Part shown: piece after piece, positions 50,201 through 64,000 of the stretch
How the letters are laid out: each line of letters opens with the position of its first letter
Position numbering within the stretch: position 1 is the first letter of the stretch
NCBI GenBank assembly: GCA_965235115.1
Contig: OZ249436.1
Location: 7,194,001 to 7,258,000 of the forward strand
DNA length: 64,000 bases
Direction: 5' to 3'
DNA from: Laetmonice hystrix
Lineage: Eukaryota
Notes under the pieces: generated by a model
The model's database searches: none
Told to the model about the DNA's origin: nothing
The model's input: the letters and a program-made list of their open reading frames with translations, nothing else
Translations under genes and position numbers: made by a program

Positions 50201-53200
50201 CGCATCTCTACTGAAGCGGCACGGGGGCGGCGACTGCACTGCCATCTTCCGGCTACCGGTGGAATCACCATGTATACCTGGCCGGGCTGGCGGGCACCTG
50301 TGGCTGTTAGGTTAAAGCAATGAGAAGCGAAAAATGGCTACATTTCTGATACGTCAAATTAAAACTACGCCCCCCCAAGTTATGATTCTTAGGCCAGATG
50401 TATAACTGTCAAACGTATAGGTCTGGTACGTTCGCTACAGATATATGGTTGTGATGTGTATACTTCCCTTTTGAGTATCTTCTCCAGATTTTAACATTAG
50501 ATGCTCCTCGCCAGTATCTTTCATTTCCACTACCTCACTGTAGTGTTTGCATGGCTACTAGGCAAGTCGGTAAGATGTAGGGACTTGTCACTCTACTGGT
50601 TGGCCGGCCACACTGCTTGGCCTCACAGTGTACTGTTTGGCCTGACTGTACCCTTTGGCCTCACTGTAGTGTTCGCTTGGGTGCTAGGCCAGCCAGTACC
50701 TTGTAGCGATTCCTCACTGTACTGTTTGTCCTCCCTGTACCGTTTGCTTGAATACAACACAGGCCATTAATATAGGGATGCCTCATGTTTCCATGCCTTT
50801 ATTGTCCAGGAAGCAGGCCATACGTTTCGTCTATCATCTAGGCCTACTCCCATCTAGTCTCTGTGCCCTACATACCATCTGTAAGCGTGCGACAACGTTG
50901 TCAGGTCGTCCCAATGACTGTTTGCCGTAAAGGTTTAGTTAACAATGACAAATGACGTTGTACGCCTTTTCTATATCAGATATCCCATCCCCAAGTAAGA
51001 AACAGAGAAAGAAAGAGTATTGCAGACAAGAAACACCAGGGTGCAGCGCAGCTCTATTGAAGCGGCACGGGGGCGGCGACTGCACTGCCATCTTCCGGCT
51101 ACCGGTAGAATCACCATGTATACCTGGCCGGGCTGGCGGGCACCTGTGGCTCTTAGGTTAAAGCAATGAGAAGCGAAAAATGGCTACATTTCTGATACGT
51201 CAAATTAAAACTACGCCCCCCAAAGTTATGATTCTTAGGCCAGATGTATAACTGTCAAACGTATAGGTCTCGCACGTTCGCTACAGATATATGGTTGTGA
51301 TGTGTATACTTCCCATTTGAGTATCTTCTCCAGATTTTAACATTAGATGCTCCTCGCCAGTATCTTTCATTTCCACTATCTCAATGTAGTGTTTGCATGG
51401 CTACTAGTCAAGTCGGTAAGATGTAGGGACTTGTCACTCTACTGGTTGGCCGGCCACACTGCTTGGCCTCACAGTGTACTGTTTGGCCTGACTGTACCCT
51501 TTGGCCTCACTGTAGTGTTCGCTTGGGTGCTAGGCCAGCCAGTACCTTGTAGCGATTCCTCACTGTACTGTTTGTCCTCCCTGTACCGTTTGCTTGAATA
51601 CAACAGTAGCCATTAATATAGGGACGCCTCATGTTTCATGTTTCCATGCCTTTATTGTCCAGGAGGCAGGCCATACGTTTCGTCTGATATCATCTACTCC
51701 CATCTAATCTGTGTCCCCTACAGACCATCTGTAAGCGTGCGACAACGTTGTCAGGTCGTCCCAATGACTGTTTGCCGTAAAGGTTTAGTTAACAATGACA
51801 AATGACGTTGTACGCCTTTTCTATATCAGATATCCCATCCCCAAGTAAGAAACAAAGAAAGAAAGAGTACAGAGATATTGCAGACAAGAAACACCAGGGT
51901 GCACCGCAGATCTACTAAAGCGGCACGGGGGCGGCGACGGCACTGCCATCTTCCGGCTACCGGTGGAATCACCACGTATACCTGGCCGGGCTGGCGGGCA
52001 CCTGTGGCTCTTAGGTTAAAGCAATGAGAAGCGAAAAATGGCTACATTTGGGATACGTCAAATTGAAACTACGCCCCCCAAAGTTATGATTCTTAGGCCA
52101 GATGTATAACTGTCAAACGTATAGGTCTCGTACGTTCGCTACAGATATATGGTTGTGATGTGTATACTTCCCATTTGAGTATTTCTCCAGATTTTAACAT
52201 TAGATGCTCCTCGCCAGTATCTTTCATTTCCGCTACCTCGCTGTAGTGTTTGCATGGCTACTAGGCAAGTCGGTAAGATGTAGGGACTTGTCACTCTACT
52301 GGTTGGCCGCCCACACTGCTTGGCCTCACAGTGTACTGTTTGGCCTGACTGTACTCTTTGGCCTCACTGTAGTGTTCGCTTGGGTGCTAGGCCAGCCAGT
52401 ACCTTGTAGCGATTCCTCACTGTACTGTTTGTCCTCCCTGTACCGTTTGCTTGAATACAACAGTAGCCATTAATATAGGGACGCCTCATGTTTCATGTTT
52501 CCATGCCTTTATTGTCCAGGAGGCAGGCCATACGTTTCGTCTGATATCATCTACTCCCATCTAATCTGTGTCCCCTACAGACCATCTGTAAGCGTGCGAC
52601 AACGTTGTCAGGTCGTCCCAATGACTGTTTGCCGTAAAGGTTTAGTTAACAATGACAAATGACGTTGTACGCCTTTTCTATATCAGATATCCCATCCCCA
52701 AGTAAGAAACAGAGAAAGAAAGAGTATTGCAGACAAGAAACACCAGGGTGCAGCGCAGCTCTACTGTAGCGGCACGGGGGCGGCGACTGCACTGCCATCT
52801 TCCGGCTACCGGTGGAATCACCACGTATACCTGGCCGGGCTGGCGGGTACCTGTGGCTCTTAGGTTAAAGCAATGAGAAGCGAAAAAATGGCTACATTTC
52901 GGATACGTCAAATTGAAACTACGCCCCCCAAAGTTATGATTCTTAGGCCAGATGTATAACTGTCAAACGTATAGGTCTCGTACGTTCGCTACAGATATAT
53001 GGTTGTGATGTGTATACTTCCCATTTGAGTATTTCTCCAGATTTTAACATTAGATGCTCCTCGCCAGTATCTTTCATTTCCGCTACCTCGCTGTAGTGTT
53101 TGCATGGCTACTAGGCAAGTCGGTAAGATGTAGGGACTTGTCACTCTACTGGGTGGCCGCCCACACTGCTTGGCCTCACAGTGTACTGTTTGGCCTGACT

Positions 53201-56200
53201 GTACTCTTTGGCCTCACTGTAGTGTTCGCTTGGGTGGTAGGCCAGCCAGTACCTTGTAGCGATTCCTCACTGTACTGTTTGTCCTCCCTGTACCGTTTGC
53301 TTGAATACAACAGTAGCCATTAATATAGGGACGCCTCATGTTTCATGTTTCCATGCCTTTATTGTCCAGGAGGCAGGCCATACGTTTCGTCTATCATCTA
53401 CTCCCATCTAATCTGTGTCCCCTACAGACCATCTGTAAGCGTGCGACAACGTTGTCAGGTCGTCCCAATGACTGTTTGCCGTAAAGGTTTAGTTAACAAT
53501 GACAAATGACGTTGTACGCCTTTTCTATATCAGATATCCCATCCCCAAGTAAGAAACAGAGAAAGAAAGAGTATTGCAGACAAGAAACACCAGGGTGCAG
53601 CGCAGCTCTACTGAAGCGGCACGGGGGCCGCGACTGCACTGCCATCTTCCGGCTACCGGTGGAATCACCATGTATACCTGGCCGGGCTGGCGGGCACCTG
53701 GGGCTCTTAGGTTAAAGCAATGAGAAGCGAAAAATGGCTACATTTCTGATACGTCAAATTAAAACTACGCCCCCCAAAGTTATGATTCTTAGGCCAGATG
53801 TATAACTGTCAAACGTATAGGTCTCGTACGTTCGCTACAGATATATGGTTGTGATGTGTATACTTTCCATTTGAGTATCTTCTCCAGATTTTAACATTAG
53901 ATGCTCCTCGCCAGTATCTTTCATTTCCACTATCTCAATGTAGTGTTTCCATGGCTACTAGGCAAGTCGGTAAGATGTAGGGACTTGTCACTCTACTGGT
54001 TGGCCGGCCACACTGCTTGGCCTCACAGTGTACTGTTTGGCCTCACTGTACCCTTTGGCCTCACTGTAGTGTTCGCTTGGGTGCTAGGCCAGCCAGTACC
54101 TTGTAGCGATTCCTCACTGTACTGTTTGTCCTCCCTGTACCGTTTGCTTGAATACAACAGTAGCCATTAATATAGGGACGCCTCATGTTTCATGTTTCCA
54201 TGCCTTTATTGTCCAGGAGGCAGGCCATACGTTTCGTCTGATATCATCTACTCCCATCTAATCTGTGTCCCCTACAGACCATCTGTAAGCGTGCGACAAC
54301 GTTGTCAGGTCGTCCCAATGACTGTTTGCCGTAAAGGTTTAGTTAACAATGACAAATGACGTTGTACGCCTTTTCTATATCAGATATCCCATCCCCAAGT
54401 AAGAAACAGAGAAAGAAAGAGTATTGCAGACTAGAAACACCAGGGTGCAGCGCAGTTGTACTGAAGCGGCACTGGGGCGGCGATTGCACTGCCATCTTCC
54501 GGCTACCGGTGGAATCACCACGTTTTCCTGGCCGGGCTGGCGGGCACCTGTGGCTCTTAGGTTAAAGCAATGAGAAGCGAAAAATGGCTACATTTCTGAT
54601 ACGTCGAATTAAAACTACGCCCCCCCCCCCCAAAGTTATTATTCTTAGGCCAGATGTATAACTGTCAAACGTATAGGTCTCGTACGTTCGCTAGAGATAT
54701 ATGGTTGTGATGTGTATACTTCCCATTTGAGTATCTTCTCCAGATTTTAACATTAGATGCTCCTCGCCAGTATCTTTCATTTCCACTACCTCACTGTAGT
54801 GTTTGCATGGCTACTAGGCAAGTCGGTAACATGTAGGGACTTGTCACTCTACTGGTTGGCCGCCCACACTGCTTGGCCTCACAGTGTAGGCCTACTGTTT
54901 GGCCTGACTGTACCCTTTGGCCTCACTGTAGTGTTCGCTTGGGTGCTAGGCCAGCCAGTACCTTGTAGCGATTCCTCACTGTACTGTTTGTCCTCCCTGT
55001 ACCGTTTGCTTGAATACAACAGTAGCCATTAATATAGGGACGCCTCATGTTTCATGTTTCCATGCCTTTATTGTCCAGGAGGCAGGCCATACGTTTCGTC
55101 TGATATCATCTACTCCCATATAATCTGTGTCCCCTACAGACCATCTGTAAGCGTGCGACAACGTTGTCAGGTCGTCCCAATGACTGTTTGCCGTAAAGGT
55201 TTACTTAACAATGACAAATGACGTTGTACGCCTTTTCTATATCAGATATCCCATCCCCAAGTAAGAAACAAAGAAAGAAAGAGTACAGAGATATTGCAGA
55301 CAAGAAACACCAGGGTGCAGCGCAGCTCTACTGAAGCGGCACGGGGGCGGCGACGGCACTGCCATCTTCCGGCTACCGGTGGAATCACCACGTATACCTG
55401 GCCGGGCTGGCGGGCACCTGTGGCTCTTAGGTTAAAGCAATGAGAAGCGAAAAATGGCTACATTTCGGATACGTCAAATTGAAACTACGCCCCCCAAAGT
55501 TATGATTCTTAGGCCAGATGTATAACTGTCAAACGTATAGGTCTCGTACGTTCGCTACAGATATATGGTTGTGATGTGTATACTTCCCATTTGAGTATCT
55601 TCTCCAGATTTTAACATTAGATGCTCCTCGCCAGTATCTTTCATTTCCGCTACCTCGCTGTAGTGTTTGCATGGCTACTAGGCAAGTCGGTAAGATGTAG
55701 GGACTTGTCACTCTACTGGTTGGCCGCCCACACTGCTTGGCCTCACAGTGTACTGTTTGGCCTGACTGTACTCTTTGGCCTCACTGTAGTGTTCGCTTGG
55801 GTGCTAGGCCAGCCAGTACCTTGTAGCGATTCCTCACTGTACTGTTTGTCCTCCCTGTACCGTTTGCTTGAATACAACAGTAGCCATTAATATAGGGACG
55901 CCTCATGTTTCATGTTTCCATGCCTTTATTGTCCAGGAGGCAGGCCATACGTTTCGTCTATCATCTACTCCCATCTAATCTGTGTCCCCTACAGACCATC
56001 TGTAAGCGTGCGACAACGTTGTCAGGTCGTCCCAATGACTGTTTGCCGTAAAGGTTTAGTTAACAATGACAAATGGCGTTGTACGCCTTTTCTATATCAG
56101 ATATCCCATCCCCAAGTAAGAAACAAAGATAGAAAGAGTACAGAGATATTGCAGACAAGAAACACCAGGGTGCAGCGCAGCTCTACTGTAGCGGCACGGG

Positions 56201-59200
56201 GGCGGCGACTGCACTGCCATCTTCCGGCTACCGGTGGAATCACCACGTATACCTGGCCGGGCTGGCGGGCACCTGTGGCTCTTAGGTTAAAGCAATGAGA
56301 AGCGAAAAATGGCTACATTTCGGATACGTCAAATTGAAACTACGCCCCCCAAAGTTATGATTCTTAGGCCAGATGTATAACTGTCAAACGTATAGGTCTC
56401 GTACGTTCGCTACAGATATATGGTTGTGATGTGTATACTTCCCATTTGAGTATTTCTCCAGATTTTAACATTAGATGCTCCTCGCCAGTATCTTTCATTT
56501 CCGCTACCTCGCTGTAGTGTTTGCATGGCTACTAGGCAAGTCGGTAAGATGTAGGGACTTGTCACTCTACTGGTTGGCCGCCCACACTGCTTGGCCTCAC
56601 AGTGTACTGTTTGGCCTGACTGTACTCTTTGGCCTCACTGTAGTGTTCGCTTGGGTGGTAGGCCAGCCAGTACCTTGTAGCGATTCCTCACTGTACTGTT
56701 TGTCCTCCCTGTACCGTTTGCTTGAATACAACAGTAGCCATTAATATAGGGACGCCTCATGTTTCATGTTTCCATGCCTTTATTGTCCAGGAGGCAGGCC
56801 ATACGTTTCGTCTCTCATCTACTCCCATCTAATCTGTGTCCCCTACAGACCATCTGTAAGCGTGCGACAACGTTGTCAGGTCGTCCCAATGACTGTTTGC
56901 CGTAAAGGTTTAGTTAAAAATGACAAATGACGTTGTACGCCTTTTCTATATCAGATATCCCATCCCCAAGTAAGAAACAGAGAAAGAAAGAGTATTGCAG
57001 ACAAGAAACACCAGGGTGCAGCGCAGCTCTACTGAAGCGGCACTGGGGCGGCGATTGCACTGCCATCTTCCGGCTACCGGTGGAATCACCACGTTTTCTT
57101 GCCCGGGCTGGCGGGCACCTGTGGCTCTTAGGTTAAAGCAATGAGAAGCGAAAAATGGCTACATTTCTTATACGTCAAATTAAAACTACGCCCCCCAAAG
57201 TTATGATTCTTAGGCCAGATGTATAACTGTCAAACGTATAGGTCTCGTACGTTCGCTACAGATATATGGTTGTGATGTGTATACTTCCCATTTGAGTATC
57301 TTCTCCAGATTTTAACATTAGAGGCTCCTCGCCAGTATATTTAATTTCCCCTACCTCATTGTAGTGTTTGCATGGGTACTAGGCAAGTCGGTAAGATGTA
57401 GGGACTTGTCACTCTACTGGTTGGCCGCCCACACTGCTTGGCCTCACAGTGTACTGTTTGGCCTGACTGTACCCTTTGGCCTCACTGTAGTGTTCGCTTG
57501 GGTGCTAGGCCAGCCAGTACCTTGTAGCGATTCCTCACTGTACTGTTTGTCCTCCCTGTACCGTTTGCTTGAATACAACAGTAGCCATTAATATAGGGAC
57601 GCCTCATGTTTCATGTTTCCATGCCTTTATTGTCCAGGAGGCAGGCCATACGCTTCGTCTGATATCATCTACTCCCATCTAATCTGTGTCCCCTACAGAC
57701 CATCTGTAAGCGTGCGACAACGTTGTCAGGTCGTCCCAATGACTGTTTGCCGTAAAGGTTTAGTTAACAATGACAAATGACGTTGTACGCCTTTTCTATA
57801 TCAGATATCCCATCCCCAAGGAAGAAACAGAGAAAGAAAGAGTATTGCAGACAAGAAACACCAGGGTGCAGCGCAGCTCTACTGAAGCGGCACGGGGGCG
57901 GCGACTGCACTGCCATCTTCCGGCTACCGGTGGAATCACCACGTTTTCTTGCCCGGGCTGGCGGGCACCTGTGGCTCTTAGGTTAAAGCAATGAGAAGCG
58001 AAAAATGGCTACATTTCTGATACGTCAAATTAAAACTACGCCCCCCAAAGTTATGATTCTTAGGCCAGATGTATAACTGTCAAACGTATAGGTCTCGTAC
58101 GTTCGCTACAGATATATGGTTGTGATGTGTATACTTCCCATTTGAGTATCTTCTCCAGATTTTAACATTAGAGGCTCCTCGCCAGTATATTTAATTTCCC
58201 CTACCTCATTGTAGTGTTTGCATGGGTACTAGGCAAGTCGGTAAGATGTAGGGACTTGTCACTCTACTGGTTGGCCGCCCACACTGCTTGGCCTCACAGT
58301 GTACTGTTTGGCCTGACTGTACCCTTTGGCCTCACTGTAGTGTTCGCTTGGGTGCTAGGCCAGCCAGTACCTTGTAGCGATTCCTCACTGTACTGTTTGT
58401 CCTCCCTGTACCGTTTGCTTGAATACAACAGTAGCCATTAATATAGGGACGCCTCATGTTTCATGTTTCCATGCCTTTATTGTCCAGGAGGCAGGCCATA
58501 CGCTTCGTCTGATATCATCTACTCCCATCTAATCTGTGTCCCCTACAGACCATCTGTAAGCGTGCGACAACGTTGTCAGGTCGTCCCAATGACTGTTTGC
58601 CGTAAAGGTTTAGTTAACAATGACAAATGACGTTGTACGCCTTTTCTATATCAGATATCCCATCCCCAAGTAAGAAACAGAGAAAGAAAGAGTATTGCAG
58701 ACAAGAAACACCAGGGTGCAGCGCAGCTCTACTGTAGCGGCACGGGGGCGGCGACTGCACTGCCATCTTCCGGCTACCGGTGGAATCACCACGTATACCT
58801 GGCCGGGCTGGCGGGTACCTGTGGCTCTTAGGTTAAAGCAATGAGAAGCGAAAAAATGGCTACATTTCGGATACGTCAAATTGAAACTACGCCCCCCAAA
58901 GTTATGATTCTTAGGCCAGATGTATAACTGTCAAACGTATAGGTCTCGTACGTTCGCTACAGATATATGGTTGTGATGTGTATACTTCCCATTTGAGTAT
59001 TTCTCCAGATTTTAACATTAGATGCTCCTCGCCAGTATCTTTCATTTCCGCTACCTCGCTGTAGTGTTTGCATGGCTACTAGGCAAGTCGGTAAGATGTA
59101 GGGACTTGTCACTCTACTGGGTGGCCGCCCACACTGCTTGGCCTCACAGTGTACTGTTTGGCCTGACTGTACTCTTTGGCCTCACTGTAGTGTTCGCTTG

Positions 59201-62200
59201 GGTGGTAGGCCAGCCAGTACCTTGTAGCGATTCCTCACTGTACTGTTTGTCCTCCCTGTACCGTTTGCTTGAATACAACAGTAGCCATTAATATAGGGAC
59301 GCCTCATGTTTCATGTTTCCATGCCTTTATTGTCCAGGAGGCAGGCCATACGTTTCGTCTATCATCTACTCCCATCTAATCTGTGTCCCCTACAGACCAT
59401 CTGTAAGCGTGCGACAACGTTGTCAGGTCGTCCCAATGACTGTTTGCCGTAAAGGTTTAGTTAACAATGACAAATGACGTTGTACGCCTTTTCTATATCA
59501 GATATCCCATCCCCAAGTAAGAAACAGAGAAAGAAAGAGTATTGCAGACAAGAAACACCAGGGTGCAGCGCAGCTCTACTGAAGCGGCACGGGGGCCGCG
59601 ACTGCACTGCCATCTTCCGGCTACCGGTGGAATCACCATGTATACCTGGCCGGGCTGGCGGGCACCTGGGGCTCTTAGGTTAAAGCAATGAGAAGCGAAA
59701 AATGGCTACATTTCTGATACGTCAAATTAAAACTACGCCCCCCAAAGTTATGATTCTTAGGCCAGATGTATAACTGTCAAACGTATAGGTCTCGTACGTT
59801 CGCTACAGATATATGGTTGTGATGTGTATACTTTCCATTTGAGTATCTTCTCCAGATTTTAACATTAGATGCTCCTCGCCAGTATCTTTCATTTCCACTA
59901 TCTCAATGTAGTGTTTCCATGGCTACTAGGCAAGTCGGTAAGATGTAGGGACTTGTCACTCTACTGGTTGGCCGGCCACACTGCTTGGCCTCACAGTGTA
60001 CTGTTTGGCCTCACTGTACCCTTTGGCCTCACTGTAGTGTTCGCTTGGGTGCTAGGCCAGCCAGTACCTTGTAGCGATTCCTCACTGTACTGTTTGTCCT
60101 CCCTGTACCGTTTGCTTGAATACAACAGTAGCCATTAATATAGGGACGCCTCATGTTTCATGTTTCCATGCCTTTATTGTCCAGGAGGCAGGCCATACGT
60201 TTCGTCTGATATCATCTACTCCCATCTAATCTGTGTCCCCTACAGACCATCTGTAAGCGTGCGACAACGTTGTCAGGTCGTCCCAATGACTGTTTGCCGT
60301 AAAGGTTTAGTTAACAATGACAAATGACGTTGTACGCCTTTTCTATATCAGATATCCCATCCCCAAGTAAGAAACAGAGAAAGAAAGAGTATTGCAGACT
60401 AGAAACACCAGGGTGCAGCGCAGTTGTACTGAAGCGGCACTGGGGCGGCGATTGCACTGCCATCTTCCGGCTACCGGTGGAATCACCACGTTTTCCTGGC
60501 CGGGCTGGCGGGCACCTGTGGCTCTTAGGTTAAAGCAATGAGAAGCGAAAAATGGCTACATTTCTGATACGTCGAATTAAAACTACGCCCCCCCCCCCCA
60601 AAGTTATTATTCTTAGGCCAGATGTATAACTGTCAAACGTATAGGTCTCGTACGTTCGCTAGAGATATATGGTTGTGATGTGTATACTTCCCATTTGAGT
60701 ATCTTCTCCAGATTTTAACATTAGATGCTCCTCGCCAGTATCTTTCATTTCCACTACCTCACTGTAGTGTTTGCATGGCTACTAGGCAAGTCGGTAACAT
60801 GTAGGGACTTGTCACTCTACTGGTTGGCCGCCCACACTGCTTGGCCTCACAGTGTAGGCCTACTGTTTGGCCTGACTGTACCCTTTGGCCTCACTGTAGT
60901 GTTCGCTTGGGTGCTAGGCCAGCCAGTACCTTGTAGCGATTCCTCACTGTACTGTTTGTCCTCCCTGTACCGTTTGCTTGAATACAACAGTAGCCATTAA
61001 TATAGGGACGCCTCATGTTTCATGTTTCCATGCCTTTATTGTCCAGGAGGCAGGCCATACGTTTCGTCTGATATCATCTACTCCCATATAATCTGTGTCC
61101 CCTACAGACCATCTGTAAGCGTGCGACAACGTTGTCAGGTCGTCCCAATGACTGTTTGCCGTAAAGGTTTACTTAACAATGACAAATGACGTTGTACGCC
61201 TTTTCTATATCAGATATCCCATCCCCAAGTAAGAAACAAAGAAAGAAAGAGTACAGAGATATTGCAGACAAGAAACACCAGGGTGCAGCGCAGCTCTACT
61301 GAAGCGGCACGGGGGCGGCGACGGCACTGCCATCTTCCGGCTACCGGTGGAATCACCACGTATACCTGGCCGGGCTGGCGGGCACCTGTGGCTCTTAGGT
61401 TAAAGCAATGAGAAGCGAAAAATGGCTACATTTCGGATACGTCAAATTGAAACTACGCCCCCCAAAGTTATGATTCTTAGGCCAGATGTATAACTGTCAA
61501 ACGTATAGGTCTCGTACGTTCGCTACAGATATATGGTTGTGATGTGTATACTTCCCATTTGAGTATCTTCTCCAGATTTTAACATTAGATGCTCCTCGCC
61601 AGTATCTTTCATTTCCGCTACCTCGCTGTAGTGTTTGCATGGCTACTAGGCAAGTCGGTAAGATGTAGGGACTTGTCACTCTACTGGTTGGCCGCCCACA
61701 CTGCTTGGCCTCACAGTGTACTGTTTGGCCTGACTGTACTCTTTGGCCTCACTGTAGTGTTCGCTTGGGTGCTAGGCCAGCCAGTACCTTGTAGCGATTC
61801 CTCACTGTACTGTTTGTCCTCCCTGTACCGTTTGCTTGAATACAACAGTAGCCATTAATATAGGGACGCCTCATGTTTCATGTTTCCATGCCTTTATTGT
61901 CCAGGAGGCAGGCCATACGTTTCGTCTATCATCTACTCCCATCTAATCTGTGTCCCCTACAGACCATCTGTAAGCGTGCGACAACGTTGTCAGGTCGTCC
62001 CAATGACTGTTTGCCGTAAAGGTTTAGTTAACAATGACAAATGGCGTTGTACGCCTTTTCTATATCAGATATCCCATCCCCAAGTAAGAAACAAAGATAG
62101 AAAGAGTACAGAGATATTGCAGACAAGAAACACCAGGGTGCAGCGCAGCTCTACTGTAGCGGCACGGGGGCGGCGACTGCACTGCCATCTTCCGGCTACC

Positions 62201-64000
62201 GGTGGAATCACCACGTATACCTGGCCGGGCTGGCGGGCACCTGTGGCTCTTAGGTTAAAGCAATGAGAAGCGAAAAATGGCTACATTTCGGATACGTCAA
62301 ATTGAAACTACGCCCCCCAAAGTTATGATTCTTAGGCCAGATGTATAACTGTCAAACGTATAGGTCTCGTACGTTCGCTACAGATATATGGTTGTGATGT
62401 GTATACTTCCCATTTGAGTATTTCTCCAGATTTTAACATTAGATGCTCCTCGCCAGTATCTTTCATTTCCGCTACCTCGCTGTAGTGTTTGCATGGCTAC
62501 TAGGCAAGTCGGTAAGATGTAGGGACTTGTCACTCTACTGGTTGGCCGCCCACACTGCTTGGCCTCACAGTGTACTGTTTGGCCTGACTGTACTCTTTGG
62601 CCTCACTGTAGTGTTCGCTTGGGTGGTAGGCCAGCCAGTACCTTGTAGCGATTCCTCACTGTACTGTTTGTCCTCCCTGTACCGTTTGCTTGAATACAAC
62701 AGTAGCCATTAATATAGGGACGCCTCATGTTTCATGTTTCCATGCCTTTATTGTCCAGGAGGCAGGCCATACGTTTCGTCTCTCATCTACTCCCATCTAA
62801 TCTGTGTCCCCTACAGACCATCTGTAAGCGTGCGACAACGTTGTCAGGTCGTCCCAATGACTGTTTGCCGTAAAGGTTTAGTTAAAAATGACAAATGACG
62901 TTGTACGCCTTTTCTATATCAGATATCCCATCCCCAAGTAAGAAACAGAGAAAGAAAGAGTATTGCAGACAAGAAACACCAGGGTGCAGCGCAGCTCTAC
63001 TGAAGCGGCACTGGGGCGGCGATTGCACTGCCATCTTCCGGCTACCGGTGGAATCACCACGTTTTCTTGCCCGGGCTGGCGGGCACCTGTGGCTCTTAGG
63101 TTAAAGCAATGAGAAGCGAAAAATGGCTACATTTCTTATACGTCAAATTAAAACTACGCCCCCCAAAGTTATGATTCTTAGGCCAGATGTATAACTGTCA
63201 AACGTATAGGTCTCGTACGTTCGCTACAGATATATGGTTGTGATGTGTATACTTCCCATTTGAGTATCTTCTCCAGATTTTAACATTAGAGGCTCCTCGC
63301 CAGTATATTTAATTTCCCCTACCTCATTGTAGTGTTTGCATGGGTACTAGGCAAGTCGGTAAGATGTAGGGACTTGTCACTCTACTGGTTGGCCGCCCAC
63401 ACTGCTTGGCCTCACAGTGTACTGTTTGGCCTGACTGTACCCTTTGGCCTCACTGTAGTGTTCGCTTGGGTGCTAGGCCAGCCAGTACCTTGTAGCGATT
63501 CCTCACTGTACTGTTTGTCCTCCCTGTACCGTTTGCTTGAATACAACAGTAGCCATTAATATAGGGACGCCTCATGTTTCATGTTTCCATGCCTTTATTG
63601 TCCAGGAGGCAGGCCATACGCTTCGTCTGATATCATCTACTCCCATCTAATCTGTGTCCCCTACAGACCATCTGTAAGCGTGCGACAACGTTGTCAGGTC
63701 GTCCCAATGACTGTTTGCCGTAAAGGTTTAGTTAACAATGACAAATGACGTTGTACGCCTTTTCTATATCAGATATCCCATCCCCAAGGAAGAAACAGAG
63801 AAAGAAAGAGTATTGCAGACAAGAAACACCAGGGTGCAGCGCAGCTCTACTGAAGCGGCACGGGGGCGGCGACTGCACTGCCATCTTCCGGCTACCGGTG
63901 GAATCACCACGTTTTCTTGCCCGGGCTGGCGGGCACCTGTGGCTCTTAGGTTAAAGCAATGAGAAGCGAAAAATGGCTACATTTCTGATACGTCAAATTA
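35208..64000. repeat. ~850-bp macrosatellite, ~34 head-to-tail units, continuing beyond the window
   Basis: Homologous positions recur at 35906, 36986, 37840, 38703, 39558, 40398 ... 62443, 63290. Most units are 840-864 bp; one is 1080 bp (internal duplication near 36398) and one 759 bp (deletion at 47550). Confidence 0.98.
52545..64000. repeat. 5968-bp higher-order repeat (7 monomers), ~1.9 copies visible
   Basis: Rare diagnostic variants and ORFs recur at exactly +5968: 52678/58646, 53054/59022, 54757/60725, 55529/61497, 57770/63738. Confidence 0.93.

Noticed and set aside
35906..63954. Recurrent 89-aa (MLLASIF...) and 69-aa (MTLYAFS...) ORFs as a tandem gene family
   Set aside because: Start codons are lost, and frameshifts or stops occur freely among monomers. 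No recognisable domain or splice structure.

Overview
Eukaryotic (invertebrate animal-like; taxon cannot be fixed from sequence alone) intron-rich genomic DNA. By hand I assembled three spliced genes. (1) The 3' half of a FAM13A/B-family gene (+, 12 visible exons, 3287-8220). (2) A three-exon secreted GPx3-like selenoprotein glutathione peroxidase (-, 17708-14278), with an in-frame UGA at the catalytic position and a candidate type-2 SECIS carrying a non-canonical UUGAC core at 14127-14200. (3) A complete 19-exon classical calpain (+, 22140-31931, 686 aa) with one GC-AG intron, one U12-type intron and degenerate EF-hands. Introns and intergenic DNA hold many minisatellites and MITE-like elements. 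From ~35208 to the window end lies a ~850-bp macrosatellite (~34 units) ending in a 5968-bp 7-mer higher-order repeat; the unit appears built from sequence in the adjacent element at 33.2-34.7 kb. The most unusual signal is about 20 copies of TAGGCCTA (plus TAGGCTA/TAGCCTA) in non-tandem DNA. Satellite units show TA vs TAGGCCTA length variants at two separate sites, as expected for excision scars of an unidentified TA-targeting DNA transposon with GGC...GCC ends. Nearly all ORFs in the supplied track are artefacts of repeats or intron read-through.
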